From assembly GCA_036170655.1 (NCBI GenBank), contig JAVHPP010000006.1, forward strand, positions 1 to 22,444: a stretch of DNA of 22,444 nucleotides, in the 5' to 3' direction. A program made the position numbers and the translations under genes. The stretch is from Candidatus Zixiibacteriota bacterium (lineage in GTDB: Bacteria; Zixibacteria; MSB-5A5; WJJR01). The notes beneath the pieces were generated by a model, which saw nothing but the letters and a program-made list of their open reading frames with translations, did no database searches and had not been told where the DNA came from. The stretch's first letter is position 1. Each line of letters starts with the position of its first letter. Shown here in pieces: positions 9,140-17,532 of this stretch.

Positions 9140-9156
9140 CTTGGCTCCGGGCTCCT

Positions 9157-9675
9157 TTAACAGTTCAATGCCTGCAAGAGCGCGCTCATGAATGCCGGCA
9201 AGTCGTCGGGCTCGCGCGCCGTGATCAGGTTGCCATCGACAACGCACTCCCGATCTGACCACGAGGCGCCGGCAGCGATCAGATCGTCTTTGATCGCTGC
9301 GAACGACGTGACAGACCGTCCACGACAGATTCCCGCCGATACCAGTAACGATCCGGCATGACAGATTGCGGCGACCGGCTTGCCGTTGGTGTGGATCAGA
9401 CGCACCAGCTCGACGACAGCGGGATATTGCCGCAGCCGGTCCGGTGCCCATCCGCCCGGAATGACGATCGCGTCAATGTCCGATGACGTCAATGTGCCGG
9501 CTGCCCGTTCGGCCGTGATGGGGTAACCCTCCTTGCTCTTGTACACGGTCGCAGAACCCGTGCCGATCACCAGAGGATGGTGACCCGCCTCACGCAGGCG
9601 GTACAGAGGGTACCATACCTCCAATGTCTGGTAGTCGTTCTCAACCAAGATGCCGACCGTCTTTGCTGTTTTCAT
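9157..9675 (-). CDS. pfpI: PfpI/DJ-1 family protein (type 1 glutamine amidotransferase-like; intracellular protease/glyoxalase)
   Basis: LEVWYPLYRLREAG, IPGGWAPDRLR, nucleophile elbow AAICHAG and VVDGNLITAREPDDLPAF. Start at ATG 9675 or 9699. Confidence 0.9.
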   Translation of the reverse strand: MKTAKTVGILVENDYQTLEVWYPLYRLREAGHHPLVIGTGSATVYKSKEGYPITAERAAGTLTSSDIDAIVIPGGWAPDRLRQYPAVVELVRLIHTNGKPVAAICHAGSLLVSAGICRGRSVTSFAAIKDDLIAAGASWSDRECVVDGNLITAREPDDLPAFMSALLQALNC

Positions 9676-9755
9676 TCCCACAAGCCCCGCGAAAGACATC
9701 TCCGGCCATGCTGCCTTCAGATCAATAATGACGATACGATTCCATCATGCTGTTC

Positions 9756-11363
9756 TCAGACGCCATGCCCGGCTTCCCAATTGACCTGAACGACGTGCCC
9801 CATGTTGGGAAGCTGGATCAGTTCTTTCATAACGCGTGGCGAAACGGGATCATCCACCGTCACAATTCCGAGCGCCGTCCCGCCTCGCTGCCTGCGTCCC
9901 AGCACCCACGAGGCGATGTTGATCTTTGCCTTTCCCAGCAGGACCCCGACGGCTCCGATCACACCGGGGCGGTCACGGTTGGTAAAGATCAGAACCCGGC
10001 CAGCTGGCGCAATATCGATCAGGAACTCATCGATGGCGCGAATGCGCGGCGTACGGCCGCCCTCGACCGCTCCGATAACCCGGCGCTTCACGCGTCCAAA
10101 ATGACCCTCGATCGCAATCGTAGTCGAGAGGTTCGGACGGGCGCCCTGATCGATCACCGGGATGGATATGTGCCGCTCTGCCGCGATTTGGGAGGCATTC
10201 ACGAGCGTGATCGGCGCATCAGTTTCGAGGCCGAGGAATCCCATGAGGGCGGCCGACGCGATCAGCTTCGCATCGGACACGGTCTGCGAACCGAGTTCCA
10301 GTGTGATCGATGAGCAGGGGCCGTCGCCCAGCGCGCGCAAGAGGATTCCCATACGCTCGGCCAGCTTCACGTAGGGCAGGAGACGCGGCAGATCCGACGC
10401 GTCGCGGATCGGCAGATTGACTGCGTTGACATAGATGCCGTCGAGCAAGGCAGTCCTGACCGCTCGAGCAATTTCGATGGCAACCTTCGTCTGGCTCTCG
10501 GCGGTTGAGGCGCCCAAGTGCGGTGTGACGACAATGTTGTCGAGCCCCGCGAACCAGGGATCCGTGGGAGGTTCGGTCGTGAAGACATCGAGCGCACACC
10601 CCGCCAGTCGTCCGTGCACCAGGGCCTTGTGCAAGGCGTCTTCGTCCACAATGCCGCCGCGTGATGCATTGATGAGCAGTGCACTCTTCTTGAGCAGTTT
10701 CAATTGCGCTGTCCCCAAGAGGCCGCGTGTCCTGTCATTCAATGGCAGATGCAGGCTAATGACATCAGCGGTCCGCAGAACATCATTGAGTTTGGCGAGC
10801 GTCACATTGGCGGCGATGGCGGCTGCTTCCGTGACGTAAGGATCGTAAGCAACCACGGCCATGCCAAAAGCCGCCGCGCGCTGGGCGACTTCGCGTCCGA
10901 TGCGCCCGAATCCGATCAGTCCCAGCGTCTTGCCGAAGAGTTCGTGGCCGCCGAAGGCGCTTTTCTCCCACTGTCCCGCTTTCACCGAGCGATCGGCCGG
11001 GACAATCTTGCGGGCCAGAGCCAGCATCATCGCCATGGTCAGTTCCGCTACGGCGATGGAACTGGCCGTTGGCGTGTTCAAGACAACGACACCGCGCGCC
11101 GTGGCCGCCGCGAGATCGACATTCTCCACACCGACACCGGCGCGCCCGATCAACTTCAGGCGTTTCGCCACGGCGATCGTCGCCGCCGTGATTTGATTGT
11201 CGCTCCGAATGATGACCGCGTCGGCGTCCGCGATCGCCTTGTTGAGTTCCATACCCTTCAGACCGGGACAGAGATTTACCCGGAAACCCGGAGTCGCCTC
11301 CAGCAGCGCAACCCCATCAGGCGACAGCCTTGTGGGTATCAGAATTCGCGTCATGCTGTTCAA
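9756..11363 (-). CDS. serA: D-3-phosphoglycerate dehydrogenase, long form with ASB and ACT domains
   Basis: GRAGVGVENVD, GFGRIG, YDPY, NASRGG, DVF..EP, TPHLGASTAESQ and C-terminal ACT domain NRDRPGVIG...INIA. TTG start overlaps the upstream stop (TTGA), with GGAGGG 6 nt upstream; alternative ATG at 11354. Confidence 0.95.
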   Translation of the reverse strand: MNSMTRILIPTRLSPDGVALLEATPGFRVNLCPGLKGMELNKAIADADAVIIRSDNQITAATIAVAKRLKLIGRAGVGVENVDLAAATARGVVVLNTPTASSIAVAELTMAMMLALARKIVPADRSVKAGQWEKSAFGGHELFGKTLGLIGFGRIGREVAQRAAAFGMAVVAYDPYVTEAAAIAANVTLAKLNDVLRTADVISLHLPLNDRTRGLLGTAQLKLLKKSALLINASRGGIVDEDALHKALVHGRLAGCALDVFTTEPPTDPWFAGLDNIVVTPHLGASTAESQTKVAIEIARAVRTALLDGIYVNAVNLPIRDASDLPRLLPYVKLAERMGILLRALGDGPCSSITLELGSQTVSDAKLIASAALMGFLGLETDAPITLVNASQIAAERHISIPVIDQGARPNLSTTIAIEGHFGRVKRRVIGAVEGGRTPRIRAIDEFLIDIAPAGRVLIFTNRDRPGVIGAVGVLLGKAKINIASWVLGRRQRGGTALGIVTVDDPVSPRVMKELIQLPNMGHVVQVNWEAGHGV

Positions 11364-12463
11364 CGAATACCCTCCCTTGTCCCCAGGAAGTCATCAATCG
11401 ATTCCAGCAGATTCTGCAATTGACCGACTTGCGTTTCCCCCACATGGCCGATGCGAAAAGTCGAACCCTTGAGCTTCCCGTAGCCGGCGGCAATGACCAT
11501 GTTCGCTGCCGCCAGATGGGTGTTCAGTTCGGACAGGTCGATGTTGCGCGTGTTCGATATCGCGGTTACGGCATCCGAGCGATACGGCACTTCGGCGAAG
11601 CAGGTAAACCGTTGATCTGCCCACTGTTGTGTGAGTTCGGCCATCCGGCGGTGCCGTGCCCAACGGTTTTCCAGCCCCTCCTGCTTGATCCGGTCGAGTT
11701 GTACATTCAAAGCGTAGAGATGCGGGATCGATGGTGTGGTCGGTGTTTGGGACTTCTGTGCATATCGCTCAAAAACGAGAAAATCGAAGTAGTAGCCACG
11801 GTGTGCCACTGCGCGTGCCCGCTCCATGGCCCTCTGGGAAACGGAGAAAACCGCAAAGCCAGGTGGCAGTGCCAGCCCCTTCTGAACCGAAGCAAAGCAA
11901 ACATCGATTCCCCACGCGTCGACTAAGACCGGCGCCACCCCGAGAGAACTGACCGTGTCGAGGCAGAGCAGCACTTCGGGAAATTCATGGACAACCGCAG
12001 CGATCTCGGCGATGGGGTTCTGTACTGATGTCGATGTTTCCGAATGAACGGCACATACCGTGTCGTATTTTCCGGTGGCAAGAGCCGCTCGGACACCTTC
12101 GGCACGGTTGGCACAGCCCCAGTCGACCTCTTGTGTATCGACTTCCTTGCCACAGGCGAGTGCGATCTTGTGCCATTGCTCCGAAAAGGCGCCGTTGACA
12201 AGGTGCAACGAACGTTTCGCCACGCAGTTGCGAACCGCCGCCTCCATGAGCCCGATGGCGGATGACGTCGAGAAGAACACGCGATTCTTCGTCTGCATGA
12301 GCCATTGAACTTTGGGACTGAGAGTGTCAAACAGAAGAGCGAAGTCTTTCCCCCGGTGGTTGATCGGCGGCTGCGCCATGGCTTGGAGAACGGCCGCATC
12401 GACATTGACAGGACCAGGGATGAACATCCAGCGTTCGGGGACGTCTACAGCGCTCATAGTCAA
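11360..12463 (-). CDS. Class V PLP aminotransferase (alanine-glyoxylate/serine-pyruvate family; probable phosphoserine aminotransferase by context)
   Basis: FIPGPV, INHRG, VHSETST, DTVSSLG, PLP-lysine motif SVQKGLALPPG, TPTTP and FRIGHVG. Directly overlaps serA. Confidence 0.9.
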   Translation of the reverse strand: MTMSAVDVPERWMFIPGPVNVDAAVLQAMAQPPINHRGKDFALLFDTLSPKVQWLMQTKNRVFFSTSSAIGLMEAAVRNCVAKRSLHLVNGAFSEQWHKIALACGKEVDTQEVDWGCANRAEGVRAALATGKYDTVCAVHSETSTSVQNPIAEIAAVVHEFPEVLLCLDTVSSLGVAPVLVDAWGIDVCFASVQKGLALPPGFAVFSVSQRAMERARAVAHRGYYFDFLVFERYAQKSQTPTTPSIPHLYALNVQLDRIKQEGLENRWARHRRMAELTQQWADQRFTCFAEVPYRSDAVTAISNTRNIDLSELNTHLAAANMVIAAGYGKLKGSTFRIGHVGETQVGQLQNLLESIDDFLGTREGIR

Positions 12464-12547
12464 TTCCTCATGACGAGGCGGTAATGGGGCTTGTTATCCA
12501 ACACACCGGCCCCGGCGCAGGAAGCAGATGCTTAAGCTTGCATGTGG

Positions 12548-13462
12548 TCATGCTTTCTTGTCCATATCAAAGAGCGGCGTCGACAGGTATTTGTACCCAT
12601 GGTCGGGGAAGATGACCACAATCCGGCCACCGGTCATTCGCTGCGCCACGCGCTGCGCGCCCACCAGCGCGCTGCCGCATGACATGCCGCCGAAAAGCCC
12701 CTCCCGTCGCATCAGGTCACGAGCCGCGCCCAATGCTTCGGCGTCGGAAACAACCAACCGCTCGTCCACTGCCGACGGATCCCAGATCATTGGGGTGCGT
12801 GAATAATCCACGTTGCGAATGCCTTGCTGGACGTGCTTCCCCGGAGGCGGCTCGACTGAGACGATCTTGATCTGCGGGTTTTTTCGCTTCAATCCGCGGG
12901 ACAATCCCACGGCTGTTCCGGTCGTCCCCAGCGTCGCGATGACACAGTCCAGCTGTCCGTCTGTCTGCTGCCAGATCTCCTCGGCCGTCTCCTCTTCGTG
13001 GGTGGCGGCATTGTCCAGGCTCTGGTACTGATGCAGACGTACATATCGATCCGGGTTCTGGCGATAAAGTTCGTCGGCCTTATCCCACGCCTCGTCCGAA
13101 CCCCCATCGCGGGAGGTCAAGATAACCTCTGCACCGAATGCCTCGAGAATCTTGCGACGCTCGATCGACGCGCCTCCCGACATTGTGATCGTGACCTTGT
13201 ACCCCAGCACAGCGCCAACCAGAGCCAGACCAATCCCGGTATTTCCCGAGGAAGACTCCAAGATAATCTTCTCTTTGGTCAGCCGACCATCGGCGACAGC
13301 ACGCCGGATCATGTTGAAGGCGATACGCTCTTTGACACTGCCCAACGGATTGTACCACTCCAGCTTAGCGACAATATCAACTTTGGGATTCGGATTCAAG
13401 TGCATGATCCGGACCATTGGAGTATGACCGATCAGGTCGAGAATTGAATTCCTGATGTCCAT
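12548..13462 (-). CDS. cysM: PLP-dependent cysteine synthase, CysM-like
   Basis: IGHTPMV, AKLEWYNPLGSVKER, ESSSGNTGIGL, SIERRK, GTTGT, QGIRN and PDHGYKYLST. GTTGT and GIR are CysM-type rather than CysK-type (GTGGT, QGIG). Confidence 0.85.
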   Translation of the reverse strand: MDIRNSILDLIGHTPMVRIMHLNPNPKVDIVAKLEWYNPLGSVKERIAFNMIRRAVADGRLTKEKIILESSSGNTGIGLALVGAVLGYKVTITMSGGASIERRKILEAFGAEVILTSRDGGSDEAWDKADELYRQNPDRYVRLHQYQSLDNAATHEEETAEEIWQQTDGQLDCVIATLGTTGTAVGLSRGLKRKNPQIKIVSVEPPPGKHVQQGIRNVDYSRTPMIWDPSAVDERLVVSDAEALGAARDLMRREGLFGGMSCGSALVGAQRVAQRMTGGRIVVIFPDHGYKYLSTPLFDMDKKA

Positions 13463-13499
13463 AGGCTACAAGATTCCCATGAAATTTGCCGGTCCACGA

Positions 13500-13528
13500 A
13501 ATTTAAGTTGGCGCTTGTTCGAATCCAA
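13500..13528 (-). promoter_or_regulatory. Putative sigma70 promoter for the cysM-aminotransferase-serA run
   Basis: Minus strand reads TTGGAT-N17-TAAATT, ending about 37 nt upstream of the cysM ATG. Confidence 0.4.
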
Positions 13529-13783
13529 AAGAATTGTTCAACTTTTTGGCTGGCAATGTAGTACAACGACTTAGGGGGGTTGGTCCAATGGTAGGGCTTG
13601 GCTTGACCCGATGTGGACATGCTCGGTCCCCGTGGAACAGCCCAGACAAGGTGGCGGTTGACTATTGCCGAACTCGGCAGGGGATATCCTTTGCCACAAG
13701 GTTTGGCCGGTAATGCCTTGATTCATAACAAATAAGCCGCCCGGAGATTTTTAGCATGTTTGGCTTCGCGCATCATTTTCCCC

Positions 13784-13813
13784 TTGACAGCGTCAATCTT
13801 CTGTCATTAAAGT
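13784..13813 (+). promoter_or_regulatory. Putative sigma70 promoter for the orphan ORF / ppdK direction
   Basis: TTGACA (13784-13789)-N18-TAAAGT (13808-13813) in an AT-rich stretch. The -35 lies inside the inverted repeat TTGAC-AGC-GTCAA. Confidence 0.45.
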
Positions 13814-13933
13814 AGTTAAAGTTACTGTGTTATGTCTTTGGCGAGACGGGATAGTGTTTGTAACAGTTTTTCACTTGGAAGTGACTTTTCAAATGGCCGG
13901 AGGGGACCCGGTCTAAGTCCGAGGAGGCAGGCA

Positions 13934-14284
13934 GTGGACGCGAAGGAATCGGAAGATGCTGATGTGAAGATTGTCACGAAGAGCATCGTATCCAAACGCT
14001 CGAAGGGTGCCGCCGACAGGCCCGGAGACAAGAAGGAGTCACGCAAGGCAAGGCAACTGACGAAGGCCAACCGCAAGGGGATGGTCAAGGAAGAACCCGC
14101 GAAGAATGATCCGGAAAAGATCGAACCGGTGAATGTCAATCATGGCCACGCTCTCGATGGGTTGCCGAGGAAGACTCTCTTTAAGGGCACCCTCAATACT
14201 CATGACCTCATGCATGCTCCTGTCGAGAAGACTCTTCAGATGCTCGACAAGATTTTGTCGGGTGAGCGCCTGTTTACGATGTGA
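13934..14284 (+). CDS. Hypothetical Lys-rich protein (~116 aa)
   Basis: GTG at 13934 is preceded by a strong SD (GAGGAGG, 13921-13927). The ORF fills an otherwise empty gap. The N-terminal part is charged and low-complexity; the C-terminus is amphipathic (VEKTLQMLDKILSGERLFTM). I do not recognise a family. Confidence 0.55.
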   Translation: MDAKESEDADVKIVTKSIVSKRSKGAADRPGDKKESRKARQLTKANRKGMVKEEPAKNDPEKIEPVNVNHGHALDGLPRKTLFKGTLNTHDLMHAPVEKTLQMLDKILSGERLFTM

Positions 14285-14507
14285 TTTTGCGAGAAGCGGG
14301 CCTCTTGACGTGCCAAGATTTTGATTTGATCGGGCTACGTATGCAGCCTGGTCTGTTGCTAAAACCCCTTGCCCGACGTGGAGTTAGGTCTTACATTGCC
14401 GTTGGCGGCTTTGTGTATGCGTGATATGTTGATGATATTCAATACGTTACTGGTCTTGAGGTTGGTTTCGGACGACGCGGAATCATCTTCTCCCTCAGGG
14501 AGGAACC

Positions 14508-17429
14508 ATGGTTAAGAAGGGCAAAACCGGCACGAACAAACCGAAAGCGGCTGACCGGCGCAAAATTACTGAGCCTGCCAAGAAGGCGAAGGCGGAGAAC
14601 GTGAAGGCGAAGTCGCTGACGAAGGCGGTCCCGGTCGACAAGCCCAGCTCAATGCCACTACCCCCGGTCAAGGCGATGGGGTCCCGCCCGCCCGTTCGTA
14701 TATCGATACCCGCTCCGAAGGCCGAACCGTCGCCCCCCGGTGGGCAGGCCATCTACTTCTTTGCTCAAGGTCAGGCCGACGGCGACGCCTCAATGCGTGA
14801 TCTCTTGGGAGGCAAAGGCGCCGGTCTTGCGGGTATGGCGAAGGCCGGGGTTCCGGTGCCGCCGGGGTTCACAATCACCACTGAAGTCTGCAGTCAGTTC
14901 TATGAAACCCATATGCGACTGCCGCGGTATCTCAAGACTCAGATGAAAGAATCCTTGGGGAAAGTCGAAGCGGTGATGGGGCGCAAATTCGGCAGTTCGG
15001 AAAAACCCCTGCTCGTTTCGGTGCGCTCAGGAGCCAAGTTCTCCATGCCGGGCATGATGGACACCGTGCTGAACTTGGGCCTGAATGACAAGGCGTTGCA
15101 AGGCTTGATCGATGAAACCGATAATCCGCGCTTTGCCTACGACAGCTACCGGCGGTTTATCCAGATGTTCAGCAATGTAGTGCTGGGGATCGACAAGGAC
15201 GTCTTCGAGGACGTCATCACCGAACGCAAGAAGGCGCGGCACGTCAAGAAAGATGCGTCGCTCTCGGTCGATGATCTCAAGGAGATTGCCGCAGCTTTCA
15301 AGAAGATTGTCAAGCAGCACACGCGGGAGCCATTCCCAGATGATCCATGGACGCAACTGACGCTGGCGATTGAGGCGGTATTCAAGTCATGGAACAACCC
15401 CCGTGCGATTGCCTACCGCAAGCTGAATAATATCCCCTCCGATCTCGGAACCGCCGTCAACGTACAGGCGATGGTATATGGGAACACCGGCGAGGAATCG
15501 GCGACGGGGGTGGGCTTCACCCGTAACCCGTCCACCGGTCACAAGGAATTCTATGGGGAGTTTCTGACAAACGCCCAAGGGGAGGATGTCGTTGCCGGAA
15601 CACGCACTCCCCGGCCTCTTTCGGAGTTGTCATCGCTCATGCCTCAGGCGTACCGGCAGCTCAAGGAGATTACGACCCATCTCGAACAGCATTACCGAGA
15701 CATTCAGGACTTCGAGTTTACCATCCAGGACGGTACGCTCTACATGTTGCAGACCCGCACGGGTAAGCGCACGGCCCAAGCAGCCGTGAAGATTGCGGTC
15801 GACATGGTCTCCGAGGGCTTGATCACCAAGAACGAAGCCCTCCTGCGGATTCGTCCCGAGGATTTGGACCAGCTCCTGCATCGCCGGATCGATCCGGATG
15901 CGCCGGTCACGCCGATTGCGAAAGGACTGGCGGCATCGCCGGGGGCAGCGTCTGGCAAAGTGGTTTTTACGGCTGAAGATGCGGTCATGATGGCCGCCAA
16001 GGGGGAGAGCGTCATCCTGGTCCGCACCGAGACAAATCCTGATGACATCCAGGGGATGGCGGCGGCGGCCGGTATCCTGACTACGCGCGGCGGGATGACC
16101 TCTCATGCGGCGGTCGTGGCCCGCGGCATGGGCAAGTGCTGCGTGGCCGGGGCCGAGGCCGTGCGTGTCAATGAAGAACGAAAGACATTTACCGTGGGGC
16201 CGACGATTGTTCGCGAAAAGCAAATCATTACGCTCAATGGATCAACGGGTGAAGTGATCCTTGGTCCGGTGCCCACGATCGAACCCGAGTTGTCGCGGGA
16301 GTTTGCCACACTCATGTCTTGGGCGGATGGTTTGCGCCGACTTGGCGTCCGGACGAACGCTGATACCCCGGAGGATGCCGAGCGTGCCGTGAAGTTCGGC
16401 GCGGAAGGGATCGGCCTATGCCGCACCGAGCACATGTTTTTTGCCTCTGACCGTCTGCCGGCTGTACAACGCATGATTCTGGCCGAGTCGGCCGAAGAAC
16501 GCCAGTTGGCGCTCAACAAGCTCCTGCCGTTTCAGCGGGCGGACTTCAAAGGGATTTTACGTGCCATGGCGGGCAAGCCGGTCACGATCCGCACGCTTGA
16601 TCCTCCCCTGCATGAATTTCTGCCCAACCGCAAGGAGATTGCCGGACAGATCGCCGAGCTGAAAGCCAAGGAAGATCAAGTGACGTACGAGGAGTCATTG
16701 CAAATCCAGGCGGATATCGCTGACAAGGAGAAAATCCTCGCACGTTTGGCGGAACTGGCCGAAGTCAACCCCATGCTCGGACATCGGGGATGCCGCCTCG
16801 GCATCACCTATCCCGAGATCACCGAGATGCAGGTCAAGGCGATCTTCATGGCCGCTTGCGATCTGGCCAAAGAGGGTGTCGAGGTTTTCCCCGAAGTGAT
16901 GATCCCACTGGTCGGCAACGTCAGCGAATTGCGCCACCAGCGTGAGATTGTCATCCGCGTGGCCGAAGAGATCTTCAAGAAACGCAAGTTGCGTGTGAAA
17001 TACCTTGTGGGGACCATGATCGAAGTCCCCCGTGCCGCCCTGACAGCGGAGCGCATCGCGGAAGAGGCGGAGTTCTTCAGTTTTGGCACCAACGACTTGA
17101 CCCAGATGACCATGGGATTCTCCCGGGACGATGCGGGCAAGTTTCTGAAGGACTATCTCGAGAAAGGTATCTTGGAGGTTGACCCCTTTGTTTCGCTGGA
17201 CATCGAAGGCGTGGGACGTTTGATCGAGATGGCAGTTGCCGGCGGTCGCCGCACAAATCCCAAGCTGAAGATCGGGATCTGCGGCGAGCACGGCGGCGAT
17301 CCGAATACCATCGCTTTTTGCAGTCGTGTGGGACTGAACTATGTCAGTTGTTCCCCCTACCGTGTTCCGATCGCGCGGCTGGCGGCTGCTCAAGCGGTAC
17401 TGGGGGAGGTGTCGGACACGCAGAAATAG
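14508..17429 (+). CDS. ppdK: Pyruvate, phosphate dikinase with N-terminal Lys/Pro-rich extension
   Basis: LLGGKGAGL, VPPGFTITT, LLVSVRSGA..SMPGMMDTVLN, NAQGEDVVAG, phospho-His motif GGMTSHAAVVAR, GIGLCRTEHMF, NPMLGHRGCRLG, FSFGTNDLTQ and GICGEHGG. SD AGGGAGG precedes ATG 14508. Confidence 0.98.
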   Translation: MVKKGKTGTNKPKAADRRKITEPAKKAKAENVKAKSLTKAVPVDKPSSMPLPPVKAMGSRPPVRISIPAPKAEPSPPGGQAIYFFAQGQADGDASMRDLLGGKGAGLAGMAKAGVPVPPGFTITTEVCSQFYETHMRLPRYLKTQMKESLGKVEAVMGRKFGSSEKPLLVSVRSGAKFSMPGMMDTVLNLGLNDKALQGLIDETDNPRFAYDSYRRFIQMFSNVVLGIDKDVFEDVITERKKARHVKKDASLSVDDLKEIAAAFKKIVKQHTREPFPDDPWTQLTLAIEAVFKSWNNPRAIAYRKLNNIPSDLGTAVNVQAMVYGNTGEESATGVGFTRNPSTGHKEFYGEFLTNAQGEDVVAGTRTPRPLSELSSLMPQAYRQLKEITTHLEQHYRDIQDFEFTIQDGTLYMLQTRTGKRTAQAAVKIAVDMVSEGLITKNEALLRIRPEDLDQLLHRRIDPDAPVTPIAKGLAASPGAASGKVVFTAEDAVMMAAKGESVILVRTETNPDDIQGMAAAAGILTTRGGMTSHAAVVARGMGKCCVAGAEAVRVNEERKTFTVGPTIVREKQIITLNGSTGEVILGPVPTIEPELSREFATLMSWADGLRRLGVRTNADTPEDAERAVKFGAEGIGLCRTEHMFFASDRLPAVQRMILAESAEERQLALNKLLPFQRADFKGILRAMAGKPVTIRTLDPPLHEFLPNRKEIAGQIAELKAKEDQVTYEESLQIQADIADKEKILARLAELAEVNPMLGHRGCRLGITYPEITEMQVKAIFMAACDLAKEGVEVFPEVMIPLVGNVSELRHQREIVIRVAEEIFKKRKLRVKYLVGTMIEVPRAALTAERIAEEAEFFSFGTNDLTQMTMGFSRDDAGKFLKDYLEKGILEVDPFVSLDIEGVGRLIEMAVAGGRRTNPKLKIGICGEHGGDPNTIAFCSRVGLNYVSCSPYRVPIARLAAAQAVLGEVSDTQK

Positions 17430-17500
17430 TGCCACTTCGTGGTCTGTCCCAGCGGGGTAGTCTTGCCCACTTTGTGCGCGGACACCACGGGTGTTATCCA

Positions 17501-17529
17501 TTGACTCGCGTCTGATGTCCGGTTATCCT
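17501..17529 (+). promoter_or_regulatory. Sigma70-type promoter of rex
   Basis: TTGACT (17501-17506)-N17-TATCCT (17524-17529). Confidence 0.65.
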
Positions 17530-17532
17530 AAT

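Noticed and set aside
9140..9451. Extended VIT1 N-terminus or a pfpI-VIT1 fusion
   Set aside because: It is an alternative frame of pfpI. pfpI has its own stop at 9157, and VIT1 has a good SD before ATG 9139.
10704..11926. Plus-strand ORFs of 239 and 198 aa
   Set aside because: Antisense to the well-supported serA and aminotransferase genes, with no recognisable motifs.
13463..13780. SAM riboswitch or T-box upstream of the cysteine synthase
   Set aside because: I could not find SAM-I core or T-box (AAGGTGGCACC/GGTGGAACC-type with antiterminator) features on the minus strand, and the predicted leader is only ~30 nt. An Rfam scan would be the definitive test.
17430..17476. Intrinsic terminator after ppdK
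   Set aside because: Only short hairpins (CCAC-TTC-GTGG; GGGTAG-TC-TTGCCC) with a poor U-tract, too weak to call.
16695..17501. 268-aa minus-strand ORF
   Set aside because: Antisense shadow of ppdK.
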